In this document: piece by piece, positions 20,078-31,090 of the stretch
Layout: the number at the start of each line of letters is the position of its first letter
Numbering within the stretch: position 1 is the first letter of the stretch
Assembly (NCBI GenBank): GCA_965217895.1
Contig: CBDCJV010000002.1
Coordinates: forward strand, 4,960,001 to 5,024,000
Source: Waterburya sp.
Lineage (GTDB): Bacteria > Cyanobacteriota > Cyanobacteriia > Cyanobacteriales > Xenococcaceae
Reading direction: 5' to 3'
DNA length: 64,000 nt
Position numbers and translations under genes: made by a program
Notes under the pieces: generated by a model
What the model saw: the letters and a program-made list of their open reading frames with translations, nothing else
What the model was told of the DNA's origin: nothing
Database searches by the model: none

Positions 20078-20551
20078 TTGCCATATTTTTGCCTGTTATG
20101 TTTGAAAGAGGCACTTAACAAGTTGAAAGTCTTACGAACCATTAAAATTAAAGTTCCTAGCAATTTACAATCACTTGATAAAGTGTTGACTGAATTTAAT
20201 CAAATCTATCAGGATTTTATTCCCCTTCGAGATTGGCTACAGTGTAGATTGGCTTTGGCTGAAGGATTTACTAATGCAGTGCGACACGCTCACAAAGATT
20301 TGCCCCCAGATGTCCCAATTAGAATCGAAGTATTTCTCAGTCAAACAGATATAAAAATTGAAATATGGGATTATGGTTCTGCTTTCGATCTAAATAATTT
20401 TATTGTCAAAAATGCTCAAAAAAATAATGATTGGCTTGGAAGTGGTCGTGGAATCTCGATTATGAACAAGATTTGCGATCGCCTAGATTACTACCACACA
20501 GAAAACCAAGAAAATTGCTTAGTAATTGTCAAAGAGTTTGGCAATTACTAG
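20078..20551 (+). CDS. RsbW-like anti-sigma factor/Ser kinase (HATPase)
   Basis: LALAEGFTNAVRHAH, WDYG..FD and GRGISIM; true start uncertain. Confidence 0.85.
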   Translation: MPYFCLLCLKEALNKLKVLRTIKIKVPSNLQSLDKVLTEFNQIYQDFIPLRDWLQCRLALAEGFTNAVRHAHKDLPPDVPIRIEVFLSQTDIKIEIWDYGSAFDLNNFIVKNAQKNNDWLGSGRGISIMNKICDRLDYYHTENQENCLVIVKEFGNY

Positions 20552-20623
20552 CTTGATAATGATTCTAATTTGCAGGATGCTAACTAATAGTAAATCCGAT
20601 CAATAAAAACTGCTTAGCTACGT

Positions 20624-21145
20624 CTATTCTTTCATAATAGTATCTTCGATAACTATCGTTTCTTTAGATGATTTATCGATAGGATTAATCGGTTTATAAG
20701 CTGCTTTTTCCTCATCACAATAGCGTAAAAATTGGCTGCTATCTGTAGAATAGGTAATATAGCTATAGGCAATTTTGATGCTGCTACCAATATGAATAAC
20801 GTCTCCAGAAACTAGTCGGTGTAAAGATTTCTTGCTGCCATTGATCGAAATACCGTTACGGCTTCTTTGTCTTTTGCCTTTACCATCAATAATCCAGTAT
20901 GAGTAGTCGCTTTTGTCTCCTCCTTCTGAATATCTCATCCAAGCCACAGTGGCATGATGTCTTGATGCCAAAGCATCATTAATTACTAGATCGTTATGAG
21001 GGTGACGACCTACAGAAAATACATTGACGTTGAGAGAGACAGCCCTTCTCGATTCTGGAGACTCTACAATTAAAACGTGTCTGCCTTTTGCTAAATCGGC
21101 TTTATTTAACTTGACCAAAGTAAGTTTAGGTTTTTTATCAGCCAT
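20624..21145 (-). CDS. FHA-domain protein
   Basis: VGR..ND, ASRHHA, SRNG and LVSGDVI motifs. Confidence 0.88.
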   Translation of the reverse strand: MADKKPKLTLVKLNKADLAKGRHVLIVESPESRRAVSLNVNVFSVGRHPHNDLVINDALASRHHATVAWMRYSEGGDKSDYSYWIIDGKGKRQRSRNGISINGSKKSLHRLVSGDVIHIGSSIKIAYSYITYSTDSSQFLRYCDEEKAAYKPINPIDKSSKETIVIEDTIMKE

Positions 21146-21423
21146 GTGGTTGAAATAGATACTTTTATATCTAACATTGATATTTAAGTAAGGCAGCATC
21201 AAAGATATTTTAAGTATAAATATCTGTTAGTTAGGGGAAAAATAAAATGCTGATATTTAGCAAAACAAATATTTAAATATAGAATTATGATAATTTACTT
21301 ATTTTCTTTATTCTAGTCTAAAAAAATTGATCGGCAAGAATATTTGCTCTTTCAAAAGTGAACTTGATTTACCTATAAAATGTCATCGGTAAAATTATGT
21401 AATTTTTAAACCTATAAGTAGAA

Positions 21424-22767
21424 TCAATGAGAAACTAAGGGCGTACAATGAACTTTGAATCCTGCCTCTTGTAAAGATGCTATAGCTTGGGATTCATTTT
21501 GCACCCAAAATTTCTGTCCAAAGCGAATAAACTGTCTTTGTTCTCCTTGACCGATCGCTGCAATTACAGGGATTTTAAACTTATTTTGTTCTTGAGACTG
21601 TTCTGCTAAAATTCTTTTTAAATAATTACTTTGTACCCGATCCAAAGCTTGTTCTGGAGTAATTTCTAGCACGATCATTCTAACTTGTTCTATTTCTTCA
21701 GCATCATCAATAATTAGCTGATATTTATCATTTCGCTGTTGTGCTTTCCCCCAAACAATTAATTGCTTACCCTCTGCCAACAAGGGTTCTAAATCCTGGT
21801 AAGTACTGGGAAAAATTGTTCCCTCTGCTTCCCCTGTAATGTCTTCCATCTGTACAAAAGCCATGCGATCGCCTTTTTTAGTTGTAATCTTGCGAACAGA
21901 ATTCAACATGACTACCGCACTAATTTTTTCTCTAGCTTTTTGCTCTGATAATTCGCTTAGACTAATCGGAGATAAAATTTGTGCTGCTTGATAAACTGCC
22001 TGGAGAGGATGATCGCTGATATAAAAACCAATATATTCTTTTTCTAAACGAAGTTTTTCCTGTAGGGGATAATCTTCAGTTTTAGAAGTGCTAGGTGCTT
22101 GTTCAAAAGCTGCTTGAGACTTTGACTCACCACCACTATTCATTATGTCAAACAGATTAAGTTGACCACTGGCTTTTTCTTTGTGGCGTTTTTGCGCCCA
22201 AGATGTCAGCACATCAATATCATTAATCAACTGCCGACGATTAGACTCTAGCAAATCGAAAGCACCACAGTATATTAGTGTTTCCAATGCTCGACGATTG
22301 ACAGTACGTAATTCCACTCTTTCGCAAAAATCTGCTAAGGATTTGAACTCACCGTCTGCACTCCTTGCCATCAGAATATTTTCGATCGCACCCTGTCCTA
22401 AATTCTTAACTGCCGATAAACCAAAAAGAATATGATTATTGTTCAGAGGAGTAAAGTCTTCTTCTGAGCGATTAATGTCGGGAGGTAAAATCTTGATTCC
22501 CATTTTCTGAGAATTTTCCCGATATTTATCGACTTTCTCCTGATTACCACTACTAGCAGTCAGCAAAGCCGACATATACTCTACGGGATAGTTAGCTTTG
22601 AGGTAGGCAGTTTGATAAGTTACATAGGCGTAAGCAGTGGAATGGGATTTGTTGAAGCAATTAGATGCCACCATGCCATTAGCTAGCAAAAAATTATGGT
22701 CTTGAGCTACACCAAGATCGTATACGGTTTGTTTACCTAATGATTGACGACTGACAATTTTTACCAT
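21424..22767 (-). CDS. dnaE-c: DNA polymerase III alpha, C-terminal part with C-intein
   Basis: 36-aa Int-C MVKIVSRQ..HNFLLANGMVASN followed by CFNKSHSTAY; OB fold. Confidence 0.97.
   Translation of the reverse strand: MVKIVSRQSLGKQTVYDLGVAQDHNFLLANGMVASNCFNKSHSTAYAYVTYQTAYLKANYPVEYMSALLTASSGNQEKVDKYRENSQKMGIKILPPDINRSEEDFTPLNNNHILFGLSAVKNLGQGAIENILMARSADGEFKSLADFCERVELRTVNRRALETLIYCGAFDLLESNRRQLINDIDVLTSWAQKRHKEKASGQLNLFDIMNSGGESKSQAAFEQAPSTSKTEDYPLQEKLRLEKEYIGFYISDHPLQAVYQAAQILSPISLSELSEQKAREKISAVVMLNSVRKITTKKGDRMAFVQMEDITGEAEGTIFPSTYQDLEPLLAEGKQLIVWGKAQQRNDKYQLIIDDAEEIEQVRMIVLEITPEQALDRVQSNYLKRILAEQSQEQNKFKIPVIAAIGQGEQRQFIRFGQKFWVQNESQAIASLQEAGFKVHCTPLVSH
22660..22767 (-). other. Split DnaE intein, C-terminal half (36 aa)
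   Basis: VYDLGV, HNFLL, terminal Asn followed by +1 Cys. Confidence 0.95.
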
Positions 22768-22946
22768 GACTTTTCATTTATCATTGAGCATTTATCATTA
22801 ACAATTGACCCCGTCTCAAGATGATAGAGAACCAGTATTTAGGTTACAAGTTATAAATCACAGTCAATCTGCAGAGACAGACAGGACTTAGGATCGCTAG
22901 AATTATAGTTTATTAAAATACTTTTATTAAATTTGGGGCAACGCCT

Positions 22947-24653
22947 ATCGACACTATATACGGTAAATATAAAGGATTAAAATCAAGTCAACTCAAGCAG
23001 CTAAAAAAACTTTATCATCAGAAGTTGCCTGGGGATACTATTGTGACGACCGAGTTCGCTCAAAGGTTGGCTGCCATTAGCACAGATATTAATCAACCAG
23101 TCTGCACCTATTTTAATCGTCGTGGACAGGCAATTAGAGTCGGCGTAGGCAATGCCCATCAGACACAAATTCCGCCTCTAGAATTGCCTCGTTATGGTGC
23201 CAAGCGTCTTTCAGGGATTCGCTGTATTGTCACTAAGCTTAAGCCAGAGCCACCTAAAGAATCTAGCTTGACGGCAATGGTATGTCAAAGGCTAGATGCT
23301 CTGGCTGTATTGACCCTAACTGGTGCAGGTAAATTAAAAAGAGGTGGAGGGGCAACTGGCTATATTCAAGATACTTATCTAGCTCATTTGTTACCTCAAT
23401 CGGCAGTAAATCAAGCAGAACAAGAGTATTGGTCGGTATCTAAGCCGATGAATTTGGAAGCTTTAAGTGGACAGAATTTTCTAGATTTAGTCGAAGGCTT
23501 AGAGGCAGAATTTGAACGGGAATATGTGGCACAGCAAGTAGATATCAACCACGATCGCGTAGTTATGGTTGGTTTGCAGGTAGACAAGACTGGCGATCAA
23601 GAATTTGAAGATCGCTTAAATGAGCTTGTAGGGCTGGTGGACACCGCAGGAGGAGAAGTCTTAGAAATAGTTCGTCAAAAGCGATCACGCCCCCATCCTC
23701 AAACCTTAGTCGGGGAAGGTAAGGTACAGGAAATTGCCCTACGGGTGCAAACCCTTGGGGCAAGCTTAGTAGCATTCGATCGCTCACTCTCCCCTGCTCA
23801 AATTCGTAATTTAGAGGCTCAATTTGGCATACGGGTAGTCGATCGCACTGAAATTATTCTCGATATCTTTGCTCAACGCGCTCAATCTCGTGCAGGGAAG
23901 CTACAGGTAGAGTTAGCGCAACTGGAGTATATGTTACCCCGCCTTATAGGAAGGGGACAGGCAATGTCTCGTCTTGGTGGCGGTATTGGGACAAGAGGAC
24001 CTGGGGAAACTAAGTTAGAAACCGAAAGGCGAAGTATTCAAAAGCGAATTGCCCGTTTGCAGGGAGAAGTAAATGAATTACAGGCTCATCGTTCGCGGAT
24101 GCGCCAGCAGCGTCAAAAACAAGATGTTCCTAGTATCGCGATCGTCGGTTATACTAACGCGGGTAAATCTACGCTAATTAATGCTTTAACCAACTCTGAA
24201 GTCTATGTAGCCAATCAGTTATTTGCCACCCTAGATCCTACTACCCGTCGCTTATCTATTCCCGATGCCGATACGGGTGAACCAAGAAATATGCTCTTGA
24301 CTGATACAGTGGGCTTTATTCAACAGCTACCACCGCCACTAGTAGATGCTTTTCGCGCCACCCTCGAAGAAGTCACCGAAGCAGATGCTTTGATTCATGT
24401 TGTGGATTTATCCCATCCAACGTGGGAAAGTCAAATCCGTTCAGTGATGGAAATTTTAGGGCAAATGGCGATCGCACCAGGTCCAATATTACTAGTGTTT
24501 AATAAGTTAGACCAAGTAGATAGTCAGGCTTTAGCTAAGGCAAAAGATGAATTTCCCTTGGCTTTATTTATCTCTGCCAGCGATCGCCTGGGACTGGAAA
24601 CTCTTCGGCAAAAGCTATCTTTATTGGTTGATTTTGCAGGGGTAGGGGATTAG
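22947..24653 (+). CDS. hflX: GTPase HflX (long cyanobacterial form), probable ATC start
   Basis: GYTNAGKS, LFATLD, DTVG, NKLD and GPGETKLE. Conserved-looking N-terminus IDTIYG..GLKSSQLKQL lies in frame upstream of TTG 23025. Confidence 0.9.
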   Translation: MDTIYGKYKGLKSSQLKQLKKLYHQKLPGDTIVTTEFAQRLAAISTDINQPVCTYFNRRGQAIRVGVGNAHQTQIPPLELPRYGAKRLSGIRCIVTKLKPEPPKESSLTAMVCQRLDALAVLTLTGAGKLKRGGGATGYIQDTYLAHLLPQSAVNQAEQEYWSVSKPMNLEALSGQNFLDLVEGLEAEFEREYVAQQVDINHDRVVMVGLQVDKTGDQEFEDRLNELVGLVDTAGGEVLEIVRQKRSRPHPQTLVGEGKVQEIALRVQTLGASLVAFDRSLSPAQIRNLEAQFGIRVVDRTEIILDIFAQRAQSRAGKLQVELAQLEYMLPRLIGRGQAMSRLGGGIGTRGPGETKLETERRSIQKRIARLQGEVNELQAHRSRMRQQRQKQDVPSIAIVGYTNAGKSTLINALTNSEVYVANQLFATLDPTTRRLSIPDADTGEPRNMLLTDTVGFIQQLPPPLVDAFRATLEEVTEADALIHVVDLSHPTWESQIRSVMEILGQMAIAPGPILLVFNKLDQVDSQALAKAKDEFPLALFISASDRLGLETLRQKLSLLVDFAGVGD

Positions 24654-24704
24654 TTATCTAGCCGTACAAGCTTAGATTAGGATACATAACCTATCTCTGC
24701 TCGA

Positions 24705-24770
24705 AAGTAGCAGATAGCAAGTAGCAAGCAAATAAACAATGTAATTAGTAATTAAAACTTGCTACTTGAG
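24705..24770. repeat. AAGTAGC/AGATAGC heptamer array with inverted partner
   Basis: aaagtagcagatagcaagtagcaagc ... cttgctacttg; same heptamer family as the arms of the 720-951 element. Confidence 0.7.
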
Positions 24771-25025
24771 ATAAATATGTTCAACAAAGTCAGCTACAGC
24801 ACCCAGAACTGGTGACAAAACAACTACGGTTGCTGCACCAATAATGATTGTCCTAGAAGTACTACCCTGTTCTTTAACCAACTGAAAAAATCTTTCATCC
24901 CATCGCTTAACTTCAGTTTCAATTCGCTTATTTGTCTCGCGAATATCTTGGTCTAATTTATCTAGCCGAGAATTACTTAACTCCACTAGAGTTAATATTT
25001 TAGTCAATTGTTCTTGCTCAGTCAT
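24762..25025 (-). CDS. Small coiled-coil protein with C-terminal hydrophobic segment
   Basis: MTEQEQL.. heptad pattern, KRWDERFFQ and a hydrophobic tail. Confidence 0.6.
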   Translation of the reverse strand: MTEQEQLTKILTLVELSNSRLDKLDQDIRETNKRIETEVKRWDERFFQLVKEQGSTSRTIIIGAATVVVLSPVLGAVADFVEHIYLK

Positions 25026-25123
25026 AAAATCTCTTTCAATTAAAAGCGCGATCGCATTTTCTAAGTCACAGATTATCATCCGCTTTTTTTGCTGCAACAA
25101 TTTTGGCAACGTCTAGATAGATA

Positions 25124-25157
25124 AAAAAGGTAGAAATTTTTACATTTCTACCTTTTT
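25124..25157. terminator. Intrinsic terminator downstream of clpC
   Basis: AAAAAGGTAGAAAT / ATTTCTACCTTTTT 14-bp inverted repeat with A/T tracts. Confidence 0.8.
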
Positions 25158-25191
25158 AAACTATTAAACTAATTTAACGATTATTTATCGC

Positions 25192-27663
25192 TTACGAAGA
25201 GGGAAGTAATTCAATCTTCTCTTTTTGCGGTATGATTGCTACCTTGTTTTCTTCGTCGATATCTACCGTTGCACTATCTCCCTCGCTCAAACGACCAGTA
25301 AGTATCTCTTCAGCTAAAACATCTTCTAGAAGACGCATAATTGCTCGACGTAAAGGACGCGCACCGTAGGAAGGATTGTAACCTTCATCTACAAGTCGAT
25401 CTTTAAATTTGTCGGTAACTTCTAGAGTAATATCTTTTTCAGTTAAGCGTTGGAATACTTCTTTGAGTAAGAGTTCGCTGATTTCTTTTACTTCGTCTTT
25501 GTTTAGCTGGCGGAAGACAATAATTTCATCAAGACGATTGAGGAACTCTGGGCGGAAGTAGCTTTTTAGCTCTTCATTAACCAGCGAACGGATACGGTTG
25601 TATTGAGATTCTGCTTGATCGTCAGCAAACTCAAAACCAAGACCGCCACCACCTTTTTCAATCACCTTGGAGCCAATGTTAGAGGTCAAAATTAAGAGGG
25701 TATTCTTAAAGTCTACTGTTCTACCTTTGGCATCAGTTAGGCGACCATCCTCAAGTATCTGCAAGAGCATATTGAAGATATCGGGGTGTGCTTTCTCAAT
25801 CTCATCAAATAATACGACTGTATAGGGACGACGACGAACTGCTTCGGTTAGCTGTCCACCTTCGTTGTAGCCGACATATCCTGGAGGCGAACCAATCAGT
25901 TTAGAAACTGTATGGCGTTCCATATATTCAGACATATCAAGGCGAATCATTGCGTCTTCCGAACCAAAGAAGTAAGTTGCTAAAGCTTTGGTAAGCTCGG
26001 TTTTACCCACACCAGTCGGACCAGAGAAGATAAAGCTAGCGATAGGACGGTTAGGATTTTTTAGACCAACTCTAGCTCTTCTAATGGCGCGAGAAGTAGC
26101 TTTAACCGCATCTTCCTGCCCGATAATGCGCTGATGAAGGGTGTCCTCCATGTGCATTAGTTTTTCGGACTCAGATTCAGTAATCTTATTGACTGGAACT
26201 CCTGTCCAAGAAGCGACAATGTGAGCGATTTCCTCTTCATCGACAAAGGGAGACTCCTCTGTGCCATCTTCTTCGTTTTTCTTGGTTGAAGCAATATTGC
26301 GAATTTGCTCTTTAATTTCCATTTCGCGATCGCGCAGTTCTCCTGCCTGATCGAAGTCTTGGGATCTTACCGCGTCGTCTTTTTGCTTAAGAATTTCTCG
26401 TAGTTCCTTGTCTAGCTCTTTGGCTGCGGGAGGAAGTTGAGAATTAATCAAGCGGACGCGAGAACCAGCTTCATCAATTAAATCGATCGCCTTATCTGGT
26501 AAAAAGCGATCGCTGATATAGCGATCTGATAGCTTGGCTGCTGCTACTAATGCTTCATCTAATATTTTTAATTTATGGTGTTGCTCATAACGCTCGCGCA
26601 AACCATAAAGGATTTCGATAGTTTCATCTACCGATGGTTCACCAACCTGTACGGGTTGGAAACGACGCTCTAATGCAGCATCTCGTTCAATATGCTTACG
26701 ATATTCGTCGAGGGTGGTAGCACCAATACACTGTAGTTCTCCCCTCGCCAAGGCTGGCTTAAGGATATTTGCAGCATCAATCGCGCCTTCGGCTGCACCA
26801 GCACCAATCAAAGTATGTACCTCATCAATTACCAGAATTACGTTTCCAGCCTGACGAATTTCATCCATGATTTTTTTAAGGCGTTCCTCAAATTCACCAC
26901 GGTACTTTGTACCAGCTACCAGTAAACCAATATCTAGAGTAACAACCCGTTTTTCTTCTAAAATATCGGGAATATCTCTATTGGCAATGCGTTGTGCCAG
27001 TCCTTCGGCGATCGCTGTTTTACCCACCCCAGGTTCACCAATCAGAACGGGATTATTTTTGGTACGACGACCAAGAATCTGAATTACGCGCTCGATTTCT
27101 TTTTGTCTACCCACAACAGGATCGAGTTTACCTTCTCCTGCCATTTGGGTCAGATTTGAGCCAAATTCATCGAGGGTAGGAGTTTTATTTCTGCCTGGTG
27201 TACCACCAGAACCAGCAGCCACTTCGGCAGTTTCTCCTAACATTCTGATTACTTGAGTGCGGACTTTCGACAAGTCTACGCCTAGGTTTTCGAGGACTCG
27301 CGCCGCAACTCCTTCCCCTTCTCTAATCAATCCTAAAAGAAGATGTTCTGTACCAATATAGTTATGACCTAACTGGCGTGCCTCTTCTAAGGATAATTCC
27401 AGAACTCTTTTAGCTCTGGGAGTAAAAGGAATTTCCACGGCGACAAAACCAGAACCGCGCCCGATAATTTTCTCAACTTCGATCCGAGCATCTTTAAGAT
27501 TAACTCCCATCGACTTGAGAACTTTGGCAGCGACTCCAGTTCCCTCTCCGATTAAACCTAAGAGGATTTGTTCTGTGCCTACGAAATTATGACCCAAGCG
27601 GCGTGCTTCCTCTTGGGCTAACATAATTACTTTTATTGCCTTTTCTGTGAAGCGTTCAAACAT
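25192..27663 (-). CDS. clpC: ATP-dependent Clp protease ATPase subunit ClpC
   Basis: [22 protein letters not shown]; two AAA+ modules ([16 protein letters not shown]). Confidence 0.98.
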   Translation of the reverse strand: MFERFTEKAIKVIMLAQEEARRLGHNFVGTEQILLGLIGEGTGVAAKVLKSMGVNLKDARIEVEKIIGRGSGFVAVEIPFTPRAKRVLELSLEEARQLGHNYIGTEHLLLGLIREGEGVAARVLENLGVDLSKVRTQVIRMLGETAEVAAGSGGTPGRNKTPTLDEFGSNLTQMAGEGKLDPVVGRQKEIERVIQILGRRTKNNPVLIGEPGVGKTAIAEGLAQRIANRDIPDILEEKRVVTLDIGLLVAGTKYRGEFEERLKKIMDEIRQAGNVILVIDEVHTLIGAGAAEGAIDAANILKPALARGELQCIGATTLDEYRKHIERDAALERRFQPVQVGEPSVDETIEILYGLRERYEQHHKLKILDEALVAAAKLSDRYISDRFLPDKAIDLIDEAGSRVRLINSQLPPAAKELDKELREILKQKDDAVRSQDFDQAGELRDREMEIKEQIRNIASTKKNEEDGTEESPFVDEEEIAHIVASWTGVPVNKITESESEKLMHMEDTLHQRIIGQEDAVKATSRAIRRARVGLKNPNRPIASFIFSGPTGVGKTELTKALATYFFGSEDAMIRLDMSEYMERHTVSKLIGSPPGYVGYNEGGQLTEAVRRRPYTVVLFDEIEKAHPDIFNMLLQILEDGRLTDAKGRTVDFKNTLLILTSNIGSKVIEKGGGGLGFEFADDQAESQYNRIRSLVNEELKSYFRPEFLNRLDEIIVFRQLNKDEVKEISELLLKEVFQRLTEKDITLEVTDKFKDRLVDEGYNPSYGARPLRRAIMRLLEDVLAEEILTGRLSEGDSATVDIDEENKVAIIPQKEKIELLPSS

Positions 27664-27782
27664 GACTTATTTCCATCCACCTGCTGCTTGCCCTTGTTAT
27701 GGTGATTTTAGCACAGCCTTTTAGTTTCCTGACTCTGCCTATAAGTTGGGGAATTGCGGTATAAAAGTTAACAATTATTATT

Positions 27783-28379
27783 TTAATTCAATTGGCATTG
27801 GTTGTGCCGTAAGCGATCGCCTAAATTTTCCTGCCATTGAGATAAACTAAGCTGAAAAGTGTCTGACTGTATTTCATTTCTCCACAGGATCAAAGCATCG
27901 TCTCCAGTTTTTTGATAGTAATTTTTACGTTTTCCTGCAACTTGGAAACCAAATTTTTGATACAGATTAAATGCTTGAGAATTATTAACATTGACTTCTA
28001 AAGTTGCTCGTTCCATCTTTCTGGCGATCGCTTTTGTTAGCAAAGTTAATAACAGTAATTGCCCAAATCCTTGGCGACGATAGTCAGGATCGACTCCCAG
28101 TAAGGTAATATGAGCTTCTTCCATAATTGCCCACAGACAAGCCAAACCAATGATTTGGCTGTGGGTAGTTTCTGCTTCATCCTCAGCAAGATGTAAAGCA
28201 ATCAAATCGCTGTTGGGACTATCAATTTCTCTAAGATAAGCTTCTGCTGTCCATAAGCCACCAAAACAAACCCGATCTAAATTCACTATCTCAGGCACTT
28301 GAGGTGTGGTTATTGCTGCAATTTTTATAATTTTCACCACTAAAAAAACTTTTGGTTGAGGTAACAAGCCAATAGCCAA
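27783..28379 (-). CDS. rimI: Ribosomal-protein-alanine N-acetyltransferase
   Basis: EAHIT, RRQGFG, TLEV and LYQKFGF..G.RKNYY; conserved position between clpC and lysA. Start uncertain. Confidence 0.88.
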   Translation of the reverse strand: MAIGLLPQPKVFLVVKIIKIAAITTPQVPEIVNLDRVCFGGLWTAEAYLREIDSPNSDLIALHLAEDEAETTHSQIIGLACLWAIMEEAHITLLGVDPDYRRQGFGQLLLLTLLTKAIARKMERATLEVNVNNSQAFNLYQKFGFQVAGKRKNYYQKTGDDALILWRNEIQSDTFQLSLSQWQENLGDRLRHNQCQLN

Positions 28380-28467
28380 TAGCTTTTACCTATTTTTTGA
28401 CATCACCTAGACTGTAAACTAGAAAATAAGAAATAATATAACTTTACTAACCACCCAAAAAGAAATT

Positions 28468-29877
28468 ATGCTTCGGAGCGATCGCAGTTTACCAAATACG
28501 GGACACCGTTATGTTCCTCAAATTACCAGTTTAGACATTCCTCCTTCCCCTAATCAAGAACTACTACCTTTAACTGCCAAAATCAACAGCAAAGATAATT
28601 TGTCAATCGGTGACTGTGAAATTCAACAGTTAGTTCAACAGTACGGTTCTCCTCTATACATACTGGATGAATTTACCCTCAGAACAGCCTGCCGCCAATA
28701 TCGAGATAGCTTTAATACCTACTACGGTGGTGAATCCCAGGTGATTTATGCTTCTAAAGCCTGGAGTTGTCTTGGGGTATGTCGTATTATTGATAGTGAA
28801 GGCTTGGGTTTTGATGTAGTGTCTGGAGGAGAGCTTTTTACTACAATTAAAGCAGGAGTTGGCAAAGAACAAATTTATTTCCACGGCAATAATAAATCGA
28901 TTGCTGAATTAGAATTTGCCGTAGAAACTGGCTGCACAATTATGGTAGATAACCGGCTAGAATTAAAAACTTTAGCTCAAATTGCCTCAGACAAAAGCAG
29001 CCAGCCCGTACCAATTATGGTGCGTCTGACTCCTGGGATTGAATGCCACACTCATGAATATATTCGTACAGGACACCTAGACAGTAAATTTGGTTTCGAT
29101 CCTAATCAGCTAGATGAAGTATTTACTTATTTAAGTCAACAAGCTAGTCTTAGCTGTATCGGCTTGCACGCTCATATCGGCTCACAAATTTTTGAGCGTC
29201 AACCTCATCAAGATTTAGCAGAAGTTTTGGTTGACTGGATGCAAAAAGCTCAGGGATATGGCTTACCAGTAACAACTCTTAACGTAGGTGGTGGTTTGGG
29301 TATTTGTTATACCGAATCTGACGATCCTCCAAGCATTTCTGAATGGGTAAAAGCGGTTAGTACTGCCGTAGAAAACGCCTGTAACAAAGTTGGCTTGGCT
29401 CTTCCTAAATTAATGGCTGAACCTGGGCGATCTCTAATTGGTTCTGCCTGTGTCACTGCTTATACCGTTGGCAGTCGCAAAGAAATTCCTAATTTTCATA
29501 CTTATGTTGCAGTAGATGGAGGGATGTCTGATAACCCTCGTCCGATTACCTATCAATCGGTTTATCATGCAGTGGTAGCCAATAAAATGTCTGCCCCCAT
29601 TACAGAAGAGGTAACAGTAGCGGGTAAGCACTGTGAATCTGGAGATATAATCATTAAAGATGCCGCTTTACCCGAAACTGAACCAGGAGATGTTTTAGTG
29701 GTAATGGATACGGGAGCATACAATTACAGTATGGCATCTAATTACAATCGTATTGGTAGACCCGCAGCAGTAGTAGTTTACGAAGGGGAGGCAAACTTAA
29801 TTATTGAAAGAGAATCTTATCAAAATTTAATCGAACGCGATCGCCTTCCCGAAAGACTGGTAAAACATAAAAAGTAG
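28468..29877 (+). CDS. lysA: Diaminopimelate decarboxylase
   Basis: YASKA, HIGSQ, EPGRS, HCESGD and GAY..SM.SNYN. Confidence 0.97.
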   Translation: MLRSDRSLPNTGHRYVPQITSLDIPPSPNQELLPLTAKINSKDNLSIGDCEIQQLVQQYGSPLYILDEFTLRTACRQYRDSFNTYYGGESQVIYASKAWSCLGVCRIIDSEGLGFDVVSGGELFTTIKAGVGKEQIYFHGNNKSIAELEFAVETGCTIMVDNRLELKTLAQIASDKSSQPVPIMVRLTPGIECHTHEYIRTGHLDSKFGFDPNQLDEVFTYLSQQASLSCIGLHAHIGSQIFERQPHQDLAEVLVDWMQKAQGYGLPVTTLNVGGGLGICYTESDDPPSISEWVKAVSTAVENACNKVGLALPKLMAEPGRSLIGSACVTAYTVGSRKEIPNFHTYVAVDGGMSDNPRPITYQSVYHAVVANKMSAPITEEVTVAGKHCESGDIIIKDAALPETEPGDVLVVMDTGAYNYSMASNYNRIGRPAAVVVYEGEANLIIERESYQNLIERDRLPERLVKHKK

Positions 29878-30021
29878 ACTTAGTATATAAGCTAGCGTAC
29901 TTTGTTTTAGTTGCTGGTATTAGTATTTAAGAGAGCTTAAAGCTTTTGCCAAATGTAATTTGATACCTTGAATTTCGAGGTTTTTGTCCCGCTAACCATT
30001 TACAGCAAATTAATTAAAATA

Positions 30022-30936
30022 ATGTCATTGTCGGGTTTTGTTCCTGACTTAAATCGGGTTTCCTGGTTGCCAGATCTAATCAATATCATCGATCTAGGCT
30101 TAGTTCTAGCTTTAAGTTATGCCCTACTGCTAATTATTGGCGAGGGAGAACGTCGTAGCCTTTGGATGGTAAGAGGCTTTATCGTCCTAATGCTGGCAAC
30201 GGTAGTCAGTGGACAACTAGAGCTAAACCTACTCAAATTTCTCTTAGAAAAATTAGTCTTAGGTTCTGCCGTGGCTATGGCAGTAATTTTTCAGTCGCAA
30301 TTTCGCCGTCTTTTAGAGCAAATTGGCAGAGGAGAAATTTTACAGTTATTCAAAGGTTCAGGTAGACCAAAAACCCAATCAGACAGCGTAGTCGAGCGTA
30401 TTGTAGAAGCAATTAAAGAACTATCCCAGAACCGTACAGGCGCACTGGTGCTAATGGAAACCACTGGCTCTTTAGAGGAAGAAGATTTTGTGTCTCCAGG
30501 AGTGGATTTGAATGCAGAAGTTTCTAAAGAACTTTTGCAAACTATCTTTCAAACCAGCACTTTGTTACATGATGGTGCAGTATTAATTAGTGGTTCTCGC
30601 ATCCTGGCAGCAGCAGTAATCTTACCGCTTTCAGAAAGAACCGCATCTCGACAGTTAGGCACTCGTCACCGTGCAGCAATGGGAATCACCGAAAGAATAG
30701 ACAAGTGCCTGTGTATTGTTGTCTCAGAAGAAACTGGTTCGATCTCCTTAGCTGAAAAAGGAACGTTAAATAGACCCCTAACCAGTAGTAAACTAAAAGA
30801 GCTATTACAGGCGAGATTTGCCCCTGTAGTAGAGCGGGATGCAGTGCGTCTTAGTCGTAAACTTGGGTTTCAGGGAAAAGTTTTATTAGAGCGCATTAGG
30901 CGTTGGCGATCGCCTGATTCTCGTAAAAAAAATTAA
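30022..30936 (+). CDS. cdaA: Diadenylate cyclase CdaA
   Basis: Three N-terminal TM helices; LHDGA, GTRHRAA and VSEETG. Confidence 0.93.
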   Translation: MSLSGFVPDLNRVSWLPDLINIIDLGLVLALSYALLLIIGEGERRSLWMVRGFIVLMLATVVSGQLELNLLKFLLEKLVLGSAVAMAVIFQSQFRRLLEQIGRGEILQLFKGSGRPKTQSDSVVERIVEAIKELSQNRTGALVLMETTGSLEEEDFVSPGVDLNAEVSKELLQTIFQTSTLLHDGAVLISGSRILAAAVILPLSERTASRQLGTRHRAAMGITERIDKCLCIVVSEETGSISLAEKGTLNRPLTSSKLKELLQARFAPVVERDAVRLSRKLGFQGKVLLERIRRWRSPDSRKKN

Positions 30937-30965
30937 AATCATTAAAATTGAGTTTATGCTTTTTT

Positions 30966-31002
30966 CTAAAAGCTAAAAGCTAATAGCTAAAAGCTAATAG
31001 CT
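30966..31002. repeat. Heptamer tandem repeat CTAA(A/T)AG x5
   Basis: ctaaaagctaaaagctaatagctaaaagctaatagct. Confidence 0.85.
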
Positions 31003-31090
31003 ACGAACCAGTAAATTTTGAACGAAGCTATTTCACACGCTTACTATAGTTAATGTTTAATGATAAATGTTCCCTGTTCAATGTTAAAAG

